Shown: piece by piece, positions 1 through 13,452 of the stretch
How positions within the stretch are numbered: position 1 is the stretch's first letter
Layout: each line of letters starts with the position of its first letter
Origin: Octopus vulgaris
Lineage: Eukaryota
DNA: 64,000 nt
Assembly (NCBI GenBank): GCA_951406725.2
Contig: OX597815.1
Span: 186,868,001-186,932,000 of the forward strand
Direction of reading: 5' to 3'
The notes under the pieces: generated by a model
The model's input: the letters and a program-made list of their open reading frames with translations, nothing else
What the model was told of the DNA's origin: nothing
Database searches by the model: none
Made by a program: the position numbers and the translations under genes

Positions 1-458
1 TCGAGAATAGAAAAATGATGGGCGTTTTAATGGAAGTGCCCTAAGCGCTACTGTTGATTGTCACTGCACTGAAAGCTGATAAAATGCTACATTGTATGAT
101 TATAAAATGATTAAGCCTATTTAATTGTATGTAAGCCGAACCAATATAGCAAGTAATTAAAGACACAGTTGCAACATATGGCTAATATTATATTTTCAGA
201 GAAATAAGATTGGCCTATAACCTATATTAGCGTTCCAATGAGATTACTGAAACTGATGGGTTTTTTTTGTGTTGATCTGAATGGCAGTAGTTGAATAATT
301 AAGGACGTACGGAAGATACGATAGGTCAAATGAAATAAAATGTGCGATAAATGATTGCCACATTGTAAAGGTAATCTTCTGTCTTTATTAGAAAGTTTAT
401 AACAAAGTTATAAATAAAAAAAAGATATATACGCGTGTGTATGGATGTACGATATAGT

Positions 459-786
459 GAAAGCGCGTGGCTTAGTGGTTAGGGCATTCAGCTCACGATT
501 GTAAGGTCGTGAGTTCGATTCCAAGCGAAGCGTTGTGTCCTTGAGCAAGACACTTTATTTCATGTTTCTCCAGTCCACTCAGCTGGCAAAAATGAGTTGT
601 ACCTGTATTTCAAAGGCCGGCCTTGTCACACTATGTGTCACGCTGAATCTCCCTGAGAACTACGTTAAGGGTACACGTGTCTGTGGATTGCTCAGCCACT
701 TGCACGTTAATTTCACGAGCAGACTGTTCCATTGATCGTATCAGCTGGGACCCTCGTCGTCGTAACCGACGGAGTGCTCCTTTTTT
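459..786 (+). mobile_element. tRNA-derived SINE with CORE-like central domain
   Basis: A box TGGCTTAGTGG, B box GAGTTCGATTCC, central GTGTCCTTGAGCAAGACACT. 12-bp direct repeat ATGTACGATATA at 445-456 and 787-798 (TSD). Confidence 0.85.
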
Positions 787-1051
787 ATGTACGATATATA
801 AATCGTGTATGTATGATATATAAATCTAACCAGTTCTATGACAACTAATTTCATAGCGTTTGAATGAGAATTCATCATCATAATCATCATCATCGTTCTT
901 ATTGTTCGATCGTTTCTGGCTTGTACAGTATCGCTTCCTACAGCATCACCTGCCCTACCTCACTGTTCCTGAGGAATGTGCAGCATTGTGTGTGTTCTTG
1001 TTTTCTTAATGTTTGTATTGCATTGCTGTGTGTATAATATGCGTTGTGTTA

Positions 1052-1300
1052 AAGGCGGCGAGCTGGCAGAAACGCTAGCGCGCCGGGCGAGATGCTTGTT
1101 CAAATTCCGCCGAGGTCGACTCTGCCTTTCATCCTTTCGGGGTCGATAAATTAAGTACCAGTTACGCACTGAGGTCGATGTATTCGACTTAATCCGTTTG
1201 TCTGTCCTTGCTTGTCCCCTCTGTGTGTAGCCCCTTGTGGGTAGTAAAGAAATAGGTATTTCGTCTGTTTTTACGTTCTGAGTTCAAATTCCACCGAGGC
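1052..1300 (+). mobile_element. Abundant SINE family A (GGCGGCGAGCTGGCAGAA head; Meta-like domain), one unit plus a partial second unit
   Basis: Motif GCCTTTCATCCTTTCGGGGTCGATAAATTAAGTACCAG, repeated many times across the window. Confidence 0.8.
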
Positions 1301-1638
1301 AGTTTTAAGGATGATGAGCAAAACATCCATGTTTCCAGAGATTAATTCTTCAAACACCCAAAGAATTCCTCTCAGTACATGGCTATGATGCTCCTCCACC
1401 TACTTCTGCTCGTGATCAGAGATGCGCATATCGTCAGCTGCTAAGGGACATGGTCAACTGGTTAAGGTCAAACAACTGACAAACAAATCTGTGGTATTGA
1501 GCAGAATATTTGCTGTAGCCTATCTTTTATACCAAGACAACAATGTACATGATAACACTTCCAATCAGTTAAGATCATAAGCTATGAGAGCCACTGACTG
1601 GTACCGCATCATTATTATTGTTGTTTTTGTTGTTACCG

Positions 1639-1641
<3 letters not shown>

Positions 1642-1705
<64 letters not shown>
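1642..1705. repeat. (ATT)n microsatellite
   Basis: Perfect trinucleotide run. Confidence 0.95.
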
Positions 1706-1706
<1 letters not shown>

Positions 1707-3098
1707 TCCGCCAAGGCCGACTTTGTCTTTCATCCTTCCAGGGTCGATAAAATAAGTACCAGTTGAGTATTGGGTCCGACTTACCCAACTCTCCTAAAAT
1801 TGCTGGCTTTGTGTCAAAACATGAAACTGTTGTTATTATAATAAAGTGGTGAGTAAGACGGATCCTTGGAATGTGGGACAAAATACCTAGTGGTGTTTCT
1901 TCCGGGACTTTACGATCTGAGCTCAATTCCTGTTGCTAAAATTAAGTACTTATCAAGCACTTGGTCAATGATATCAACTATCCCCCCACACACACACAAA
2001 ATTACTGCCTTGTGTCTAGATTAGAAAGAGTTATTATCATTGCCTACATCATTATTAGTATTACATTCTTAGCTATTGTACGTGTTTCTTTTAGCTCTAC
2101 CAGACGGTGGATTTTTACTTAATGAAACTATATGGAAAAACATTTTTAAAGCGGAACTTCGAAATAGAGAGACAATGCAAATTTAATTGATTGCATTAAT
2201 TCTTACGCGTTTGGATTTTTTTTTTAAAAAAACAAAAAAATACTTCAATTTGCGACAGAGTAATTATTCTCTTCTGATAGTCGTAAACAAACAAAGCAGT
2301 ATTTAAAAGCATCAAAAAAAATTCGCATGAAGACAAGTCTGTTTTTTTGCAGACAACAGACAGAAGCAAAAGGAAAAATGTATTTATGTTGCAAGTAACA
2401 AATAAGAATTTCCTGGCATAAAACAATTCTGAAGATTTTTTAAAGACTCGGTTAATGATAACAACAAGAGCGGCATTAGAATTAGACCCCGCGTAAATTT
2501 CGCGAAAGAAAATATTACAAGTACCATTTCGAGTAACTGGATTCTATGTCTGGATTATCCGTCGGAGAAAAAGTCTACTTGGAAAAGCTGCGTGATAAAG
2601 GACGATGCACCTTTGCCCCTTATTGAACAACGTTAAAGAGAAAATAATTTACCTCAGCATCTCGATAGACATTATGATTTTTATCATGCTTCGCAAAGAT
2701 TAATCACGAGAGGTTTTGATAAACGTGTGGAATAGCATATCCTCGGTCGCTTGAGGAAGATACAATGGAACAATGCGCGTAATTATTCAAAGCAAAAGGT
2801 AAAAGTTAAAAAAAGAAAACAGACAGACAAAGCTAGTGTGTTACGCAACTACCTACAAGCTAGTATCACAATATTGGTGGGGAACAGGCAACGCAAGAGT
2901 CAAAGTAAGTGATATTTATTAGTGACGACATTCTTATTTGGTGCGTTTCACTTTTGTGATGCAATACGGGCAGATTGTAAACGTCGAAATAAACAAACCA
3001 ACATAGGATTTGATGGAGACCATAGAGAAATTGCGGTACTGTTCCCTGTTGAGAGTACAGGAAATTGCAATGAAATATATGATACGGAGTAGATATCC

Positions 3099-3307
3099 TA
3101 TGAGGAGGTGCTGAAAACTTCCTGGCTTTGAGCAACAGAAAATACAGGAGGGTCAATTAATTTTAATTATGATTTTATTCAACATATATCACCTCTCAAA
3201 TTCACACACTTATTGCAGCGGTCCTTCAGCTTTTCTAAGCCCTATAAAAGAACTCAGAAGGTTGGGCGTCCAACCAGGCCTTTCGCGACACCCTTAAAGC
3301 CAGGAAC
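3099..3307. mobile_element. mariner-type MITE
   Basis: Terminal inverted repeat remnants TATGAGGAGGTGCTGAAAACTTCCTGGCTTT ... AAAGCCAGGAAC, starting at a TA. Confidence 0.6.
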
Positions 3308-4677
3308 ATATTACGTTTATATCAATAAGATCCTCTTGAGGGTTTCCTGTCCTGAGTAACTAGAAAAGCAGAGACAGTAACGGAACCAGTGGGTGTTGAA
3401 TATATTATCTTATTCAGCCTTATGATAATGACATAGCGTCTGTTTTAAGTCTATAAATTACAAGTTTCTCGGAGTGGAGGTTGTATTTTTTTATTGTTGG
3501 GAATTTCTTACTTTGGTCCATTGAAAGAGATTCTGTTCTTTGCTATTATTGAATTATTTCTGTCTTTATGGTTTCCTATTCTTAATTTTTCTTTCATTTC
3601 TCTTCATTTCTAGTTTTGTTCAAGTTATTTTGTTAGTTATACTCTGTAGATGTTCTAAGATTTCGGTTTGTTTGGTTTTGTACTTACTAGTTCTATCTGC
3701 GTTATTTACTTTCTCAATGGTTTTTCTGTGAGTCCATTTTTTTCTTCTGTTTTGTTACCTTTGGTTTCGTAATCTTTCTTTCTTTTAAATCTTCTATTTA
3801 CATTAATGATATTTCTTTCATTTTGAAAGCATATCTTTTTTAAGTTTACCATTCTTCCGAGGCTTTGCGTTACATTTAAATTCAAATTTCATACAAGTAC
3901 ATTGTCGTAGTTTAAGGGCGGTCGAAAGTCGTCAAATAAAAACATATTTCCCTCCAATCCATTCCTGAATTCTCTATTCGTTTTATTTGCAAGACTCGAA
4001 GAATAAATTCCGGCGCTTTGTTAAGATTGATATCATATTTGTCCAGATACCGACTTATATGCTTTGGGCGATGTCAAGTTTTGCACGCATGCGCCATTTA
4101 TCATTCAAAGTGCTCGTTCCCCTTTTCTTCACTTTAAGTTGAACGATACGTTACATATTTGTATAATGTATAATTGTTTTATACTGTGGTGAAGAACGGA
4201 ATCAGTTTACACGTGGTGTTAGATTGAATATCATGAACGTGTGTATTACATTAATCATTTGTGGTTATCAGTAATAAATTTTACAAGTGCTGCGTACGCA
4301 GTTTTCCTTCAATATTTTCGATATTTATTTCTATTTAATGGTGTTTTTCAATTACTGGATATTTCCCTGGGCTGTCAAGCAATTTGTTCATGATAAATGT
4401 CAAGTACCGGGGGTCGTTATGACTGACTAACGCCTTCTATTAAATTCATTATAGCCATGTACCTACAGTAGAAAGTTGATGTCCATAGATCAGTGAGGAA
4501 GGAGCGGTTAGAAGAATTGATGAGGTTCTTTCATTCTGAGGAGAAAAGAGCCTTAACAGGTCAACTTTGGATTCTTTCCGGCTTTGGATCATTTTACGAT
4601 AACTCAAATAAATAGCATCTAAGTATTTTTTGTCAATCAACTTGAATACATCCGCAACCAAACTGGATAAGTTTATA

Positions 4678-5105
4678 AGGCAGCAAGCTGGCAGAAATGT
4701 TAGCACGCCGGGCGAAATGCTTAGCGGTATTTCATCTGCCGCTACGTTCTGAATTCAAATTCCGCCGAGGTCGACTTTGCCTTTCATACTTTCGGGGTCG
4801 ATTAAATAAGTACCAGTTACGCACTGGGGTCGATGTAATCGACTTAATCTCTTTGTCTATCCTTGTTTGTCCCCTCTATGTTTAACCCCTTGTGGGCAGT
4901 AAAGAAATAAGAAACGTTAGCACGCCGGGCAAAATGCTTAGCGGTATTTCATCCGTCCTTACGTTCTGAGTTCAAATGCCACCAGGGTCGACTTTGCCTT
5001 TCATCCTTTCGGGGTCGATAAAATAAGTGCCAATTGAGGACCGGGTTCGATATAATCAACACGCCCTCTCCGAATCTGCTGACCTTGTGCCAAAATTTGA
5101 AACCG
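4678..5105 (+). mobile_element. SINE family A head-to-tail dimer
   Basis: Two consecutive copies of TTAGCACGCCGGGC...GTTCAAA...GCCTTTCAT...GGGGTCGAT. Confidence 0.8.
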
Positions 5106-5561
5106 TTATTGTTGTTGTTGCTGTTATACTTTAATTGCTATTCTCTGCAGTCTTACCAATCTGTATTTTGTCTTACGTTCTCACCTTATCAAAGAGATCA
5201 GTATCATTCATCAAATTATGAGTTGTTATTTATTATAAATATCTTTTAATAGAGAATATTTCTACTTATTTCAGAGAACAAGTTATGAAAGTCGAGTTTA
5301 TTACCCATTTTTTCAAAAGCAAGGCAACAAAATCAAGATAAATCAAGCGAAACATGTACGAGAATTGAAACAGAGACACGTACTTAGCTCGAAGAGCGAG
5401 CGCTTAACAAAAGGGGGATCACTTGTTCTATTTCCTATTGTTTATTCGATTTTCAAAATCAATATCACTTTCCAAGTATCTGAAAGACTTTTATTATTTA
5501 ACTGAAAGTTGAAAGTGAATAACTGTGTGTTACATGAAGAGACACATCAATGTAACCCCAA

Positions 5562-5562
<1 letters not shown>

Positions 5563-5623
<61 letters not shown>
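5563..5623. repeat. (AAT)n microsatellite
   Basis: Perfect run. Confidence 0.95.
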
Positions 5624-5625
<2 letters not shown>

Positions 5626-6369
5626 ATAACTTCATTTGATTTTGTAAATTAACGATCGGGTGTGTTTACTTTTTTTGCCTATACACTGAATTCTTTTGCC
5701 CCAGGTGTCAGGAAGACACTTGCCAAGAAATGGAAATAAATATAAAAGAACAACAACAGAAACGTGAAAGGGTTAAACTCTTCTACTTTAAAATCAAGAT
5801 GGCTGAAATTCCCTCTAGTGTATCAATCGATAAATATATTCTGAAAAAAATATGGAGAAAATGTGATTTGTAATTTTTTTAGATTAAAATGAAATATTAC
5901 ATTAGATGCACTTAGCATTTGTAGCAACAGGGCCTTAACATTATTGCTGGCGAAAAAAACTTACTTTGCAACGATTAAAGCCATAGAGCGTCTCTGCAAG
6001 GGAGAGCGTATAGAAAACTTAGTATTTAGAGATCAATAAAATTTAATGGAAATTTTGAAGCAGCTAAAAAAAAAGTATGCTCAAATTTTCGTTCTTTGTA
6101 AGTTTTCAAAATGGTCTTTATTCTGATCTGTAAAGACTGCTAAAATACTCGTTCTATAAGTCTAATAAGGACGAATACACAAAAAGGTATAAAGATGCAA
6201 TCATAACATATTATTTTACAGTGATACTGCAGCAATATTTAAAACGAATTTTTTTTTTTAACTTTTGTGTGTAGTTTATACATACATGCTTATATTATGT
6301 GTTGCGAAATTTTCAAACTGCATTTAATTATTTTAATATATGAAACATAAATTCTATTACCAAATAAAT

Positions 6370-6765
6370 ATAAGTTAAATTTTATATAATCCTATATAGC
6401 ATTAGATAAATGACGTGTTCTATAAGTGAAAAATTAGCTTCTGCTTGAAATTACTTCCAGTTTATTTCGTCTGCCGCTACGTTCTGAGTTCAAATTCCGC
6501 CGCGGTCGACTTTGCCTTTCATCCTTATAGACGTGTTCTATAAGTGAAACAAAAATAAGTTAAATTTTATACAATCCTATATAGCATTAGATAAATGACG
6601 TGTTCTATAAGTGAAAAATTAGTTTCTGGTTGAAATTACTTCCAGTTTATTTCGTCTGCCGCTACGTTCTGAGTTCAAATTCCGCCGAGGTCGACTTTGC
6701 CTTTCATCCTTATAGACGTGTTCTATAAGTGAAACATTGGTTTCTTGTTAAAATTACTTCCAGTT
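6370..6765 (+). repeat. ~185-bp tandem duplication containing a SINE fragment
   Basis: ATAAGTTAAATTTTAT... begins at 6370 and again at 6555. GACGTGTTCTATAAGTGAAA occurs four times. Confidence 0.85.
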
Positions 6766-7221
6766 AATACGATAACTTACAACATTTAAAAACCCTAAAG
6801 AAATTTACAATGTTTCTGTCTTAAAGTGTCTATTTTTATCAGAACTATTACTGCTTATAATTATGATTTCTGTGATAGTCGATGTCGTTCTGCCGATTCT
6901 TGTTATCGTGCTTAACAAAGAGAGTGGAAGGTAGGTGTATCCCTGCTATTCATTTGAAACGTTTGTATTAATTTAGCATTAGAATTCTTCAAGTTGTATA
7001 AAAATAGTTATTGTCTGCATCATTCGAAAGAGAAATAAATTCTGCCTAAGGTGTAAAAGATACCAATAATTTGTATGGTGTTAGTAACAAAATATTTTGT
7101 AAAAAATAGAACTTTTATCATCGGTCTTAAATTTATTTTCGCCAGTGTATTACGAAATGTAAATTGCTCTACCAATCACACACACTTAAAAGGTATTACG
7201 TTTTCAGACAACGAATTTTCT

Positions 7222-7829
7222 TTTCTACTCTAGGCACAAATTCCGAAATTTGGTGGGGGGAAGGGGCTAGTCGATTAGATTGACTCCAGTACGCAACTGA
7301 TACTTAATCCATCGACACCGAAAGAATGAAAGGCAAAGTCGACCTCAGCAGAATTTGAACTCAGAACATAAAGACAGAAAAAATATCGCTAAGCATTTTT
7401 CTCGGCGTGCTAACGTTTCTTATTTCTTTATTGCTCACAAGCGGCTAGACATAGAGGGAACAAACAAGGATAGACAAAGGTATTAAGTTGATTACATCGA
7501 CCCCAGTGCGTAACTGGTACTTAATTTATCGACCCCGAAAAGATGAAAGGCAACGTCGACCTCGGCGGAATTTGAACTCGGAACGTAAAGACAGACGAAA
7601 TACCTATTTCTATTTCTTTACTACCCACAGAGAAAACAAACAAGGACAGACAAACGGATTAAGTTGATTATATCGACCCCAGTGCGTGACTGGTACTTAA
7701 TTTATTGACCCCGAAAGGATGAAAGAGAAAATCGACCTCGTCGGAATTTGAACTCAGAACGTAACGGCAGACAAAATACAGCTACGTATTTCGCCCGGCG
7801 TTCTAACGTTTCTGCCAGCTCGCCGCCTT
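7222..7829 (-). mobile_element. SINE family A trimer
   Basis: Three reverse-complement units. Imperfect flanking repeat AGACAACGAAT (7206) / AGACAATGGAT (7830). Confidence 0.8.
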
Positions 7830-8096
7830 AGACAATGGATATTTTGATGCATAAATTCTAGTAAAAACAGAAAATCAGTAACATGCAGTTAAAAGGATTC
7901 TTTTACTGGTTTCCATCTTTCAAGTGAAGAATACTGAGGCACCGCCTTTAAGGTAATTAGCTGATTATAGTAACCCTCGGAACTTTGTTGCGTACTATTC
8001 TATCAATCGCGTATAAAGGGACGTTGTTCGGAACGAAATACTAAAAGTTATTTTTGTTCGACACACATATATATTGTTTGGTTATGAATCGCCGTT

Positions 8097-8397
8097 ATGT
8101 GTGTATCTGAGTGTGTGTGTGTGTGCATGTGCGTGTGTGTATGTGCGTGTGTGTATGTGCGTGTGCGTGTATCTGCGTGTGTGTGTATTTGCATGTGTGT
8201 GTGTGCGTGTGAGCATGTATGTATGCGCGTATGTGCGTGTGTGCCAGTGCGTGCATTTGTGTGTGTGCGCGCGTGTGAGTGTGTGTGCGTGTATCCGAGT
8301 TTGTGTGAGTATGTGCGTGTGTGAATTTGCGTATGTGTGTGTGTTTGTGCGCGCGTGTGTTCGTGTATGTGTGTGTGCACATGTGTGTGTGTGTATG
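8097..8397. repeat. Degenerate (TG/CG)n microsatellite
   Basis: Alternating purine-pyrimidine tract. Confidence 0.9.
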
Positions 8398-8439
8398 CCT
8401 AACCACTAAGTCACACGCCTTCACTCTCCAATGATATCG

Positions 8440-9600
8440 TAAGTAACTTGGAGCATGAGTTGTTGAGAATTCCCTTTTTTCCTAACATATGTTTGTTAGG
8501 ATTAAGTAATGATTAATAAACATTTATTGATATACAAGGGTTCACTGTAACTTCAAGTTTGGCATCGTGTGGCTTATTTAAATATACCTTGAGAGGATTA
8601 TATCGAAATGTAGGATTACTATGTTTCGCTAATTATAACCATACTAGCAGTATCGCCCGGCGTTGCTCGGGTTTGTAAGGGAAATAACTATATAAGCATT
8701 TTTAGAGAGTTATAGCCAAAAAATAGCAAAAAAATGCATTAAAAATGGGAAAAAAATGATGGTAAATTTTTTTTTAAATCGTTGACTCATCGTAGACATT
8801 TTTAGAGAGTTATTTCCCTTATATGATAGCGAAAAAATGCATTAAAATGGAAAAAATTTATGGTAATTTTTTTTTTTAATCGTAGACTCATCGTAGACGC
8901 GCGCTAATACCCAGAAGGGCTCGATATGAATCACGACTATAAGATACCCGCTTTTGGTTACTCTGCACCGCAAAATGTGGGAGTAGTTAGGAATCTAAAT
9001 CGTAGGAGACAGACACACAACTTGACTTTTATATATAAAGATATTCCGGATAGAATTTTGAAAGACGCAGACATTTTCATCAAAAACTTAAGCATAACTA
9101 TAACCTTAGAAGTTAACATTAATACGTCAGCTTCGCAGATGTTACTCTTAATTTAAGTAATGGTCTCTACAACCGATATAGAAAACCTACCGAGTCATTA
9201 AAGTCGTGTTAATAAATAGTCTAACCACACAAGATCAATAACACAAAGAGCTTAGTTAAGAACTTTTCTCTTAGAATATCCAAGGTTTCCGCTAATGAGC
9301 ACCATTTTAACGAGCACCATTTTAACGCATTATAACGAGGCATTACTTAGACGTAGGTCTCTAACTATTTTCTGATAACGTTAAGATAACCGAAATTTAT
9401 GTAGAAAAATTGTTGTACAATACGCCTCGCGTAATTTAAAAGTAATAAACTCAATGACTAAAGAATGCTGTTTTTCATTATAATAAGCATTCCCTTTCGA
9501 CACAAATTTCTCTATCAGCACCATAAATTTTTTAATTGAAATGCTGTGATCCTATCCTACTCGACTACACCTTAGTTTCATCTAACCTGACTAAATTAAA
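8440..9600 (+). pseudogene. Decayed Penelope-like (Hydra-type) RT remnant interrupted by a Helitron
   Basis: Fragmentary translations GLYRNVGLL (cf. GLYRDDGL), VSFADVTLNLSNGLYNRYRKP, SNHTRSIT, LRISKVSANE, HYNEALL, ILSYSTTP match PLE RT palm/thumb motifs. Many stops and frameshifts. Confidence 0.65.
8644..9041 (-). mobile_element. Non-autonomous Helitron
   Basis: On the minus strand it starts TCTTTATATATAAAAG and ends with hairpin CCCGAGCAACGCCGGG followed by CTAG. Inserted between A and T, with no TSD. Confidence 0.8.
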
Positions 9601-9770
9601 TCAAAATAGATTTAGTGATGGCAGTTACAGTTATTTTACTATATAACTAACGCGCGTAACTCTTCTCTTAACTCGTATTGCTTAGCTAAAGAAACAGTCC
9701 ACAATGTTTGCTGGAAAACACCTCTAATAAGACACATTTCGGCTTAACTGCTAATTATCGTTTTTAAAAA

Positions 9771-10325
9771 ATGTCAACATACGCATGTTGTGAAATCTGT
9801 GTTGTTACCATCAACATTAACAAAGCTTTTGAGCGGGTCTGCCACGCGAGCCTTCTGTTAAAATTGTCCTCGTGGGCCTCATCCATCTTTCATCTCCTGA
9901 ATCAGCAGCTTCCTATCAAATTGCACTATCGTGGTCTGACCCGCTCTCTCGCAACCCTGGTGAGATCCACAATGGCGCAATGCTGTCATCTCTGGGCTGG
10001 AACTGTTTCTACACGCAGATATCATACACTGCATCCACAGAAAGGCCATTCAACTGATTATCACAGACACCCTCCACCATCTAATCTACATGAGTACCGT
10101 CTTATTTCTCTGTCTTTTCGATCAGGATTTACAATGGCCTGTTCTCCTCAGAACGAGTTGTCTTATCACAAATCCCTTCCACTCAGGCACTCTCGACTCA
10201 TTCGTTTCTCCTCCAAACAATGTTAGGCCCCACGCTAGCTATTAATTACCTCTGCGCTCCAGTTCTTTTCCCACCGTTGATGGCTTTTCAGTGTAAGAAG
10301 GATGTCAACCGCATTAATCACACAC
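9771..10325 (+). pseudogene. Jockey/CR1-group LINE RT remnant
   Basis: VVTININKAFERVCHASLLLKLSS resembles xLDISKAFDRVWHxGLLxKL. Heavily deleted. Confidence 0.6.
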
Positions 10326-10457
10326 TGGCGTTATAGGGTCTACAAAGATTATGAGCAGAAGTCTTCCAGATACAGAAATTGAGAGAAAATTATATTTACC
10401 AATTCTTGTTACATCCTGATTATATTAATGCCTAATTAAATAAAGTTTAGAAAAAAA

Positions 10458-10797
10458 GATCCCCTTCGGTCATGAATAACTATGGGATTGCACCCTAGAA
10501 AGTTCCCATCCGAGGTACAAGTCCGAGCAAGGTTGTTTATGGAAGACCAGCAGTCGCCCATGCCATGCATACCAGTCTCCCGTCTCCCCACACCACCGAT
10601 GTTATCCAAGAGGAAAAATTAAAGGCCGATACAGCTCAGCACCAGTGACGTTGCAACACATTTCTACAGCTGAGTGAACTGGAGCAATATGAAACAATAT
10701 CTTGCTCAAGAACACAACACCCAGCCCGATCCAGGAATCGAACTCACTACCTGATAATTGCGAGCCCGGTGCTCTACCCCCTGAGCCATGCGCCTTC
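10458..10797 (-). mobile_element. tRNA-derived CORE-like SINE (same head as 459, different tail)
   Basis: Minus strand GGCGCATGGCTCAG...GAGTTCGATTCC...GTGTTCTTGAGCAAGA. Tail shared with the copy at 26693-27010. Confidence 0.8.
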
Positions 10798-11066
10798 AAA
10801 AGTTATAGCTCTACAAAATATTATCTTGGTCTTTTTAATAACCTAGAATATTATTCTAAATAATTTGTCTTTGATATAAATAACGTTAGAGATAATATTT
10901 ATAACATAAACCTTTAATATCCATAATAACTTTTACTAATAACTATAAAGCTAAATTATCAAAGCATAGAATTACATAAGTTGACAGGATTTAATAATGA
11001 GGAAGCTAATGACGTATTGATAATCTATTTATCAGTTTGAGATTTATAGGTGTGTGTGTGTGTGGG

Positions 11067-11121
<55 letters not shown>

Positions 11122-11164
11122 TCGCGTGCATGTTTAGTTATAGCTTGTATGTTTATAGTAAAAT

Positions 11165-11690
11165 AGAGTCGAACCCGACAGAATTTGAACTCCGGACGCA
11201 AAGCCCTACGAAACTCCGCTAAGCATTTTACCCGGCGTGTTAACAACCCTCTCAGCTCCCTACCTTAATATTATTATTATATTTATTTTTTTATTGCCCA
11301 CAAGAGAGGACAAACAAGGAGAGAGAAAGGGATTAAGTCGATTAGATCTACCACGGTGCGTAACTGGTACTTATTTAATCGACCCCGAAAGGATGAAAGG
11401 TAAAGTCGACCACGATGGAATTTGAACTTAGAACGTAGCGGCTGACGAAATACCTATTTCTTTACTACCCACAAGGGGCTAAATACTGAGAGGACAAACA
11501 AGGACAGACAGACGGATTAAGTCGATTATATCGACCCCAGTGCGTAACTGGTACTTATTTAATCGATCCCGAAAGGATGAAAGGCAAAGTCGACCTCGGT
11601 GGAATTTGAACTCAGAACGTAACGGCTGACGAAATACCGCTAAGCATTTCGCCCGGTGCGCTAACAATTCTGCCAGCTCCCGGTCTTAAT
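11165..11690 (-). mobile_element. SINE family A multimer
   Basis: Two full and one partial reverse-complement units. Confidence 0.8.
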
Positions 11691-13407
11691 ATTATCATTA
11701 TATTTAAATCTCTTCTCTTGGTTCACCAGACATAAAATTTCCTCATATATGAGAACTTCTTGATCCTAGCGTAGTTGCGCGTCTTCGGGTGATTTGCTTA
11801 AATTTGTTACAACTACGAAACTTCTAATGCTATTTATAATTCTTAGAACAGCTTTAATTTTATGCAGTTCCTTAAACCAATTAAGGAATGAATGTTCGCG
11901 TGCACACGAATTGCTTCATTGATCAACAATAACTTAGGCTTAACATCCAAACCATGACTATTTTCATCCCAGTAAAATAAAGAAGATTGGCAAACACTTA
12001 TTCTTCGTTTCATACGAAGGTGCTTCTAAAAGAAAGCACTATCTGTCCTACCCTTTAAGAGAGAGGAATTCTCTCTCCCCCTCACTTTCTTTCCCTCTCT
12101 CTCCCTCTCTTTCTTTCTCTCTCTTTCCCTCTCTTTCTGTATCTCCCTCACCGTTGCTTTATCCCTTACATTGAATGAAGCACAACTGTACGAAAAACGG
12201 AACCAATGTTTTCAGTCAAGTCCTTTTAAAAAAAATTGCGTCACAAACGCTGATAACCGACCAATAAAATTTCGGTAAAAAAAAATCCTGCAGCAAAATA
12301 GCAACCAGGATGTTGGAACCGAAAAAAAACATAATGAAGATACTTCAGCAACTCAAATCCAACAAATCCGCAAGTCTCCGATCAAACTTCATTAATTCTT
12401 GCACGAGTGTTTCAATGGATCAATCAGTCTGTTGTGTGTAACCTATGTTAATATAGTTAGAACCGCACAAAGATAAATAATTTTTCCTACATATAAGACA
12501 TAAGAACTTAGAGACTTGAAAGCAGCTTGCCAGTGCAGGTGCAATCAGTCGAAAACCCCGTGTACCGGTTACCAATGAGTTTCATTGGTCCATCAGCAGA
12601 GAACGCACACTGTTTCGGGGCCTTCCTTTCGACGGCTCAGCAGCGCACCGCACCCCTCACTGATGTAAAGCCCCAACTGGTCCAATTGACTAGTATTTGA
12701 ACTGAAGTCCATTTTGAGATCATCACCTTTCCAGCCAGGTTTCATCATTCTTTTTTTTTTTTTTTGGCCATGTCCAATGTCTGGCACTCACAACTGTCGC
12801 CTGAATTTCTTTCAAGATGGCGTTAGACATCAACTGATAGTAGCTACCGTTTCAGTTTGGACTCCGGTAAACCCCTACATCCAACTTCTATAGAAAAGTG
12901 TATTGCACCCCAACCAGCATCTATACGGTCTTCCAGTAGCATCTCATAACGCTCGTCTTTCCTAATAATTAAATGGAACTCCGTGGAAAGCTGCCGGCTG
13001 GACGCGAACCTTCAATAATCTAGTTTGGTGTACCATCAATTATACTAAAACAAGCTTTTACTTTCTTGTATTAAACGCTTTATTCTTATCGGGTAGAAAG
13101 ATCGATTACATTTAGAACGCAAATGTAGACGCATCAAGAAATATGTAAACAAGTCTGTATTTTACACTTTTCTGCCAACAGCGAGAAAATTTTCTCCATG
13201 ACAAAATACAGTGAATGGCTTTCTTTTGAGTTCGAATATGCCTCAAGCGTATTTGAATCGGAAACGAGTTTACATTTATACACACCGCTGCTCAACGCTG
13301 TTACTCCGTATTCTATTTACGGTGAACTGCTGAATACTGCAACCAGTCATTGAACAATGACGAGAATCTCACAAGAGGGACCTGTCTCGCGTATTTCCTC
13401 TTCGCTG

Positions 13408-13452
13408 CTGCTGAAGAGCAGATATCCACTCCGAAATGGATGCATCCAACAG
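13408..13452 (+). ncRNA. Degenerate hammerhead-like motif
   Basis: CTG-CTGAAGA-(stem II remnant)-CGAAA-TGGATGCATCCA (perfect palindrome)-A-CAG. The cleavage-site U is missing. Confidence 0.4.

Noticed and set aside
459-530. tRNA-like sequences (also 16997, 29169, 47023)
   Set aside because: SINE heads with A/B boxes that run straight into SINE bodies. No complete acceptor stem.
3310-4260. Possible minus-strand PLE N-terminal remnant
   Set aside because: Only a faint ..GPK..IP resemblance. Too decayed to support.
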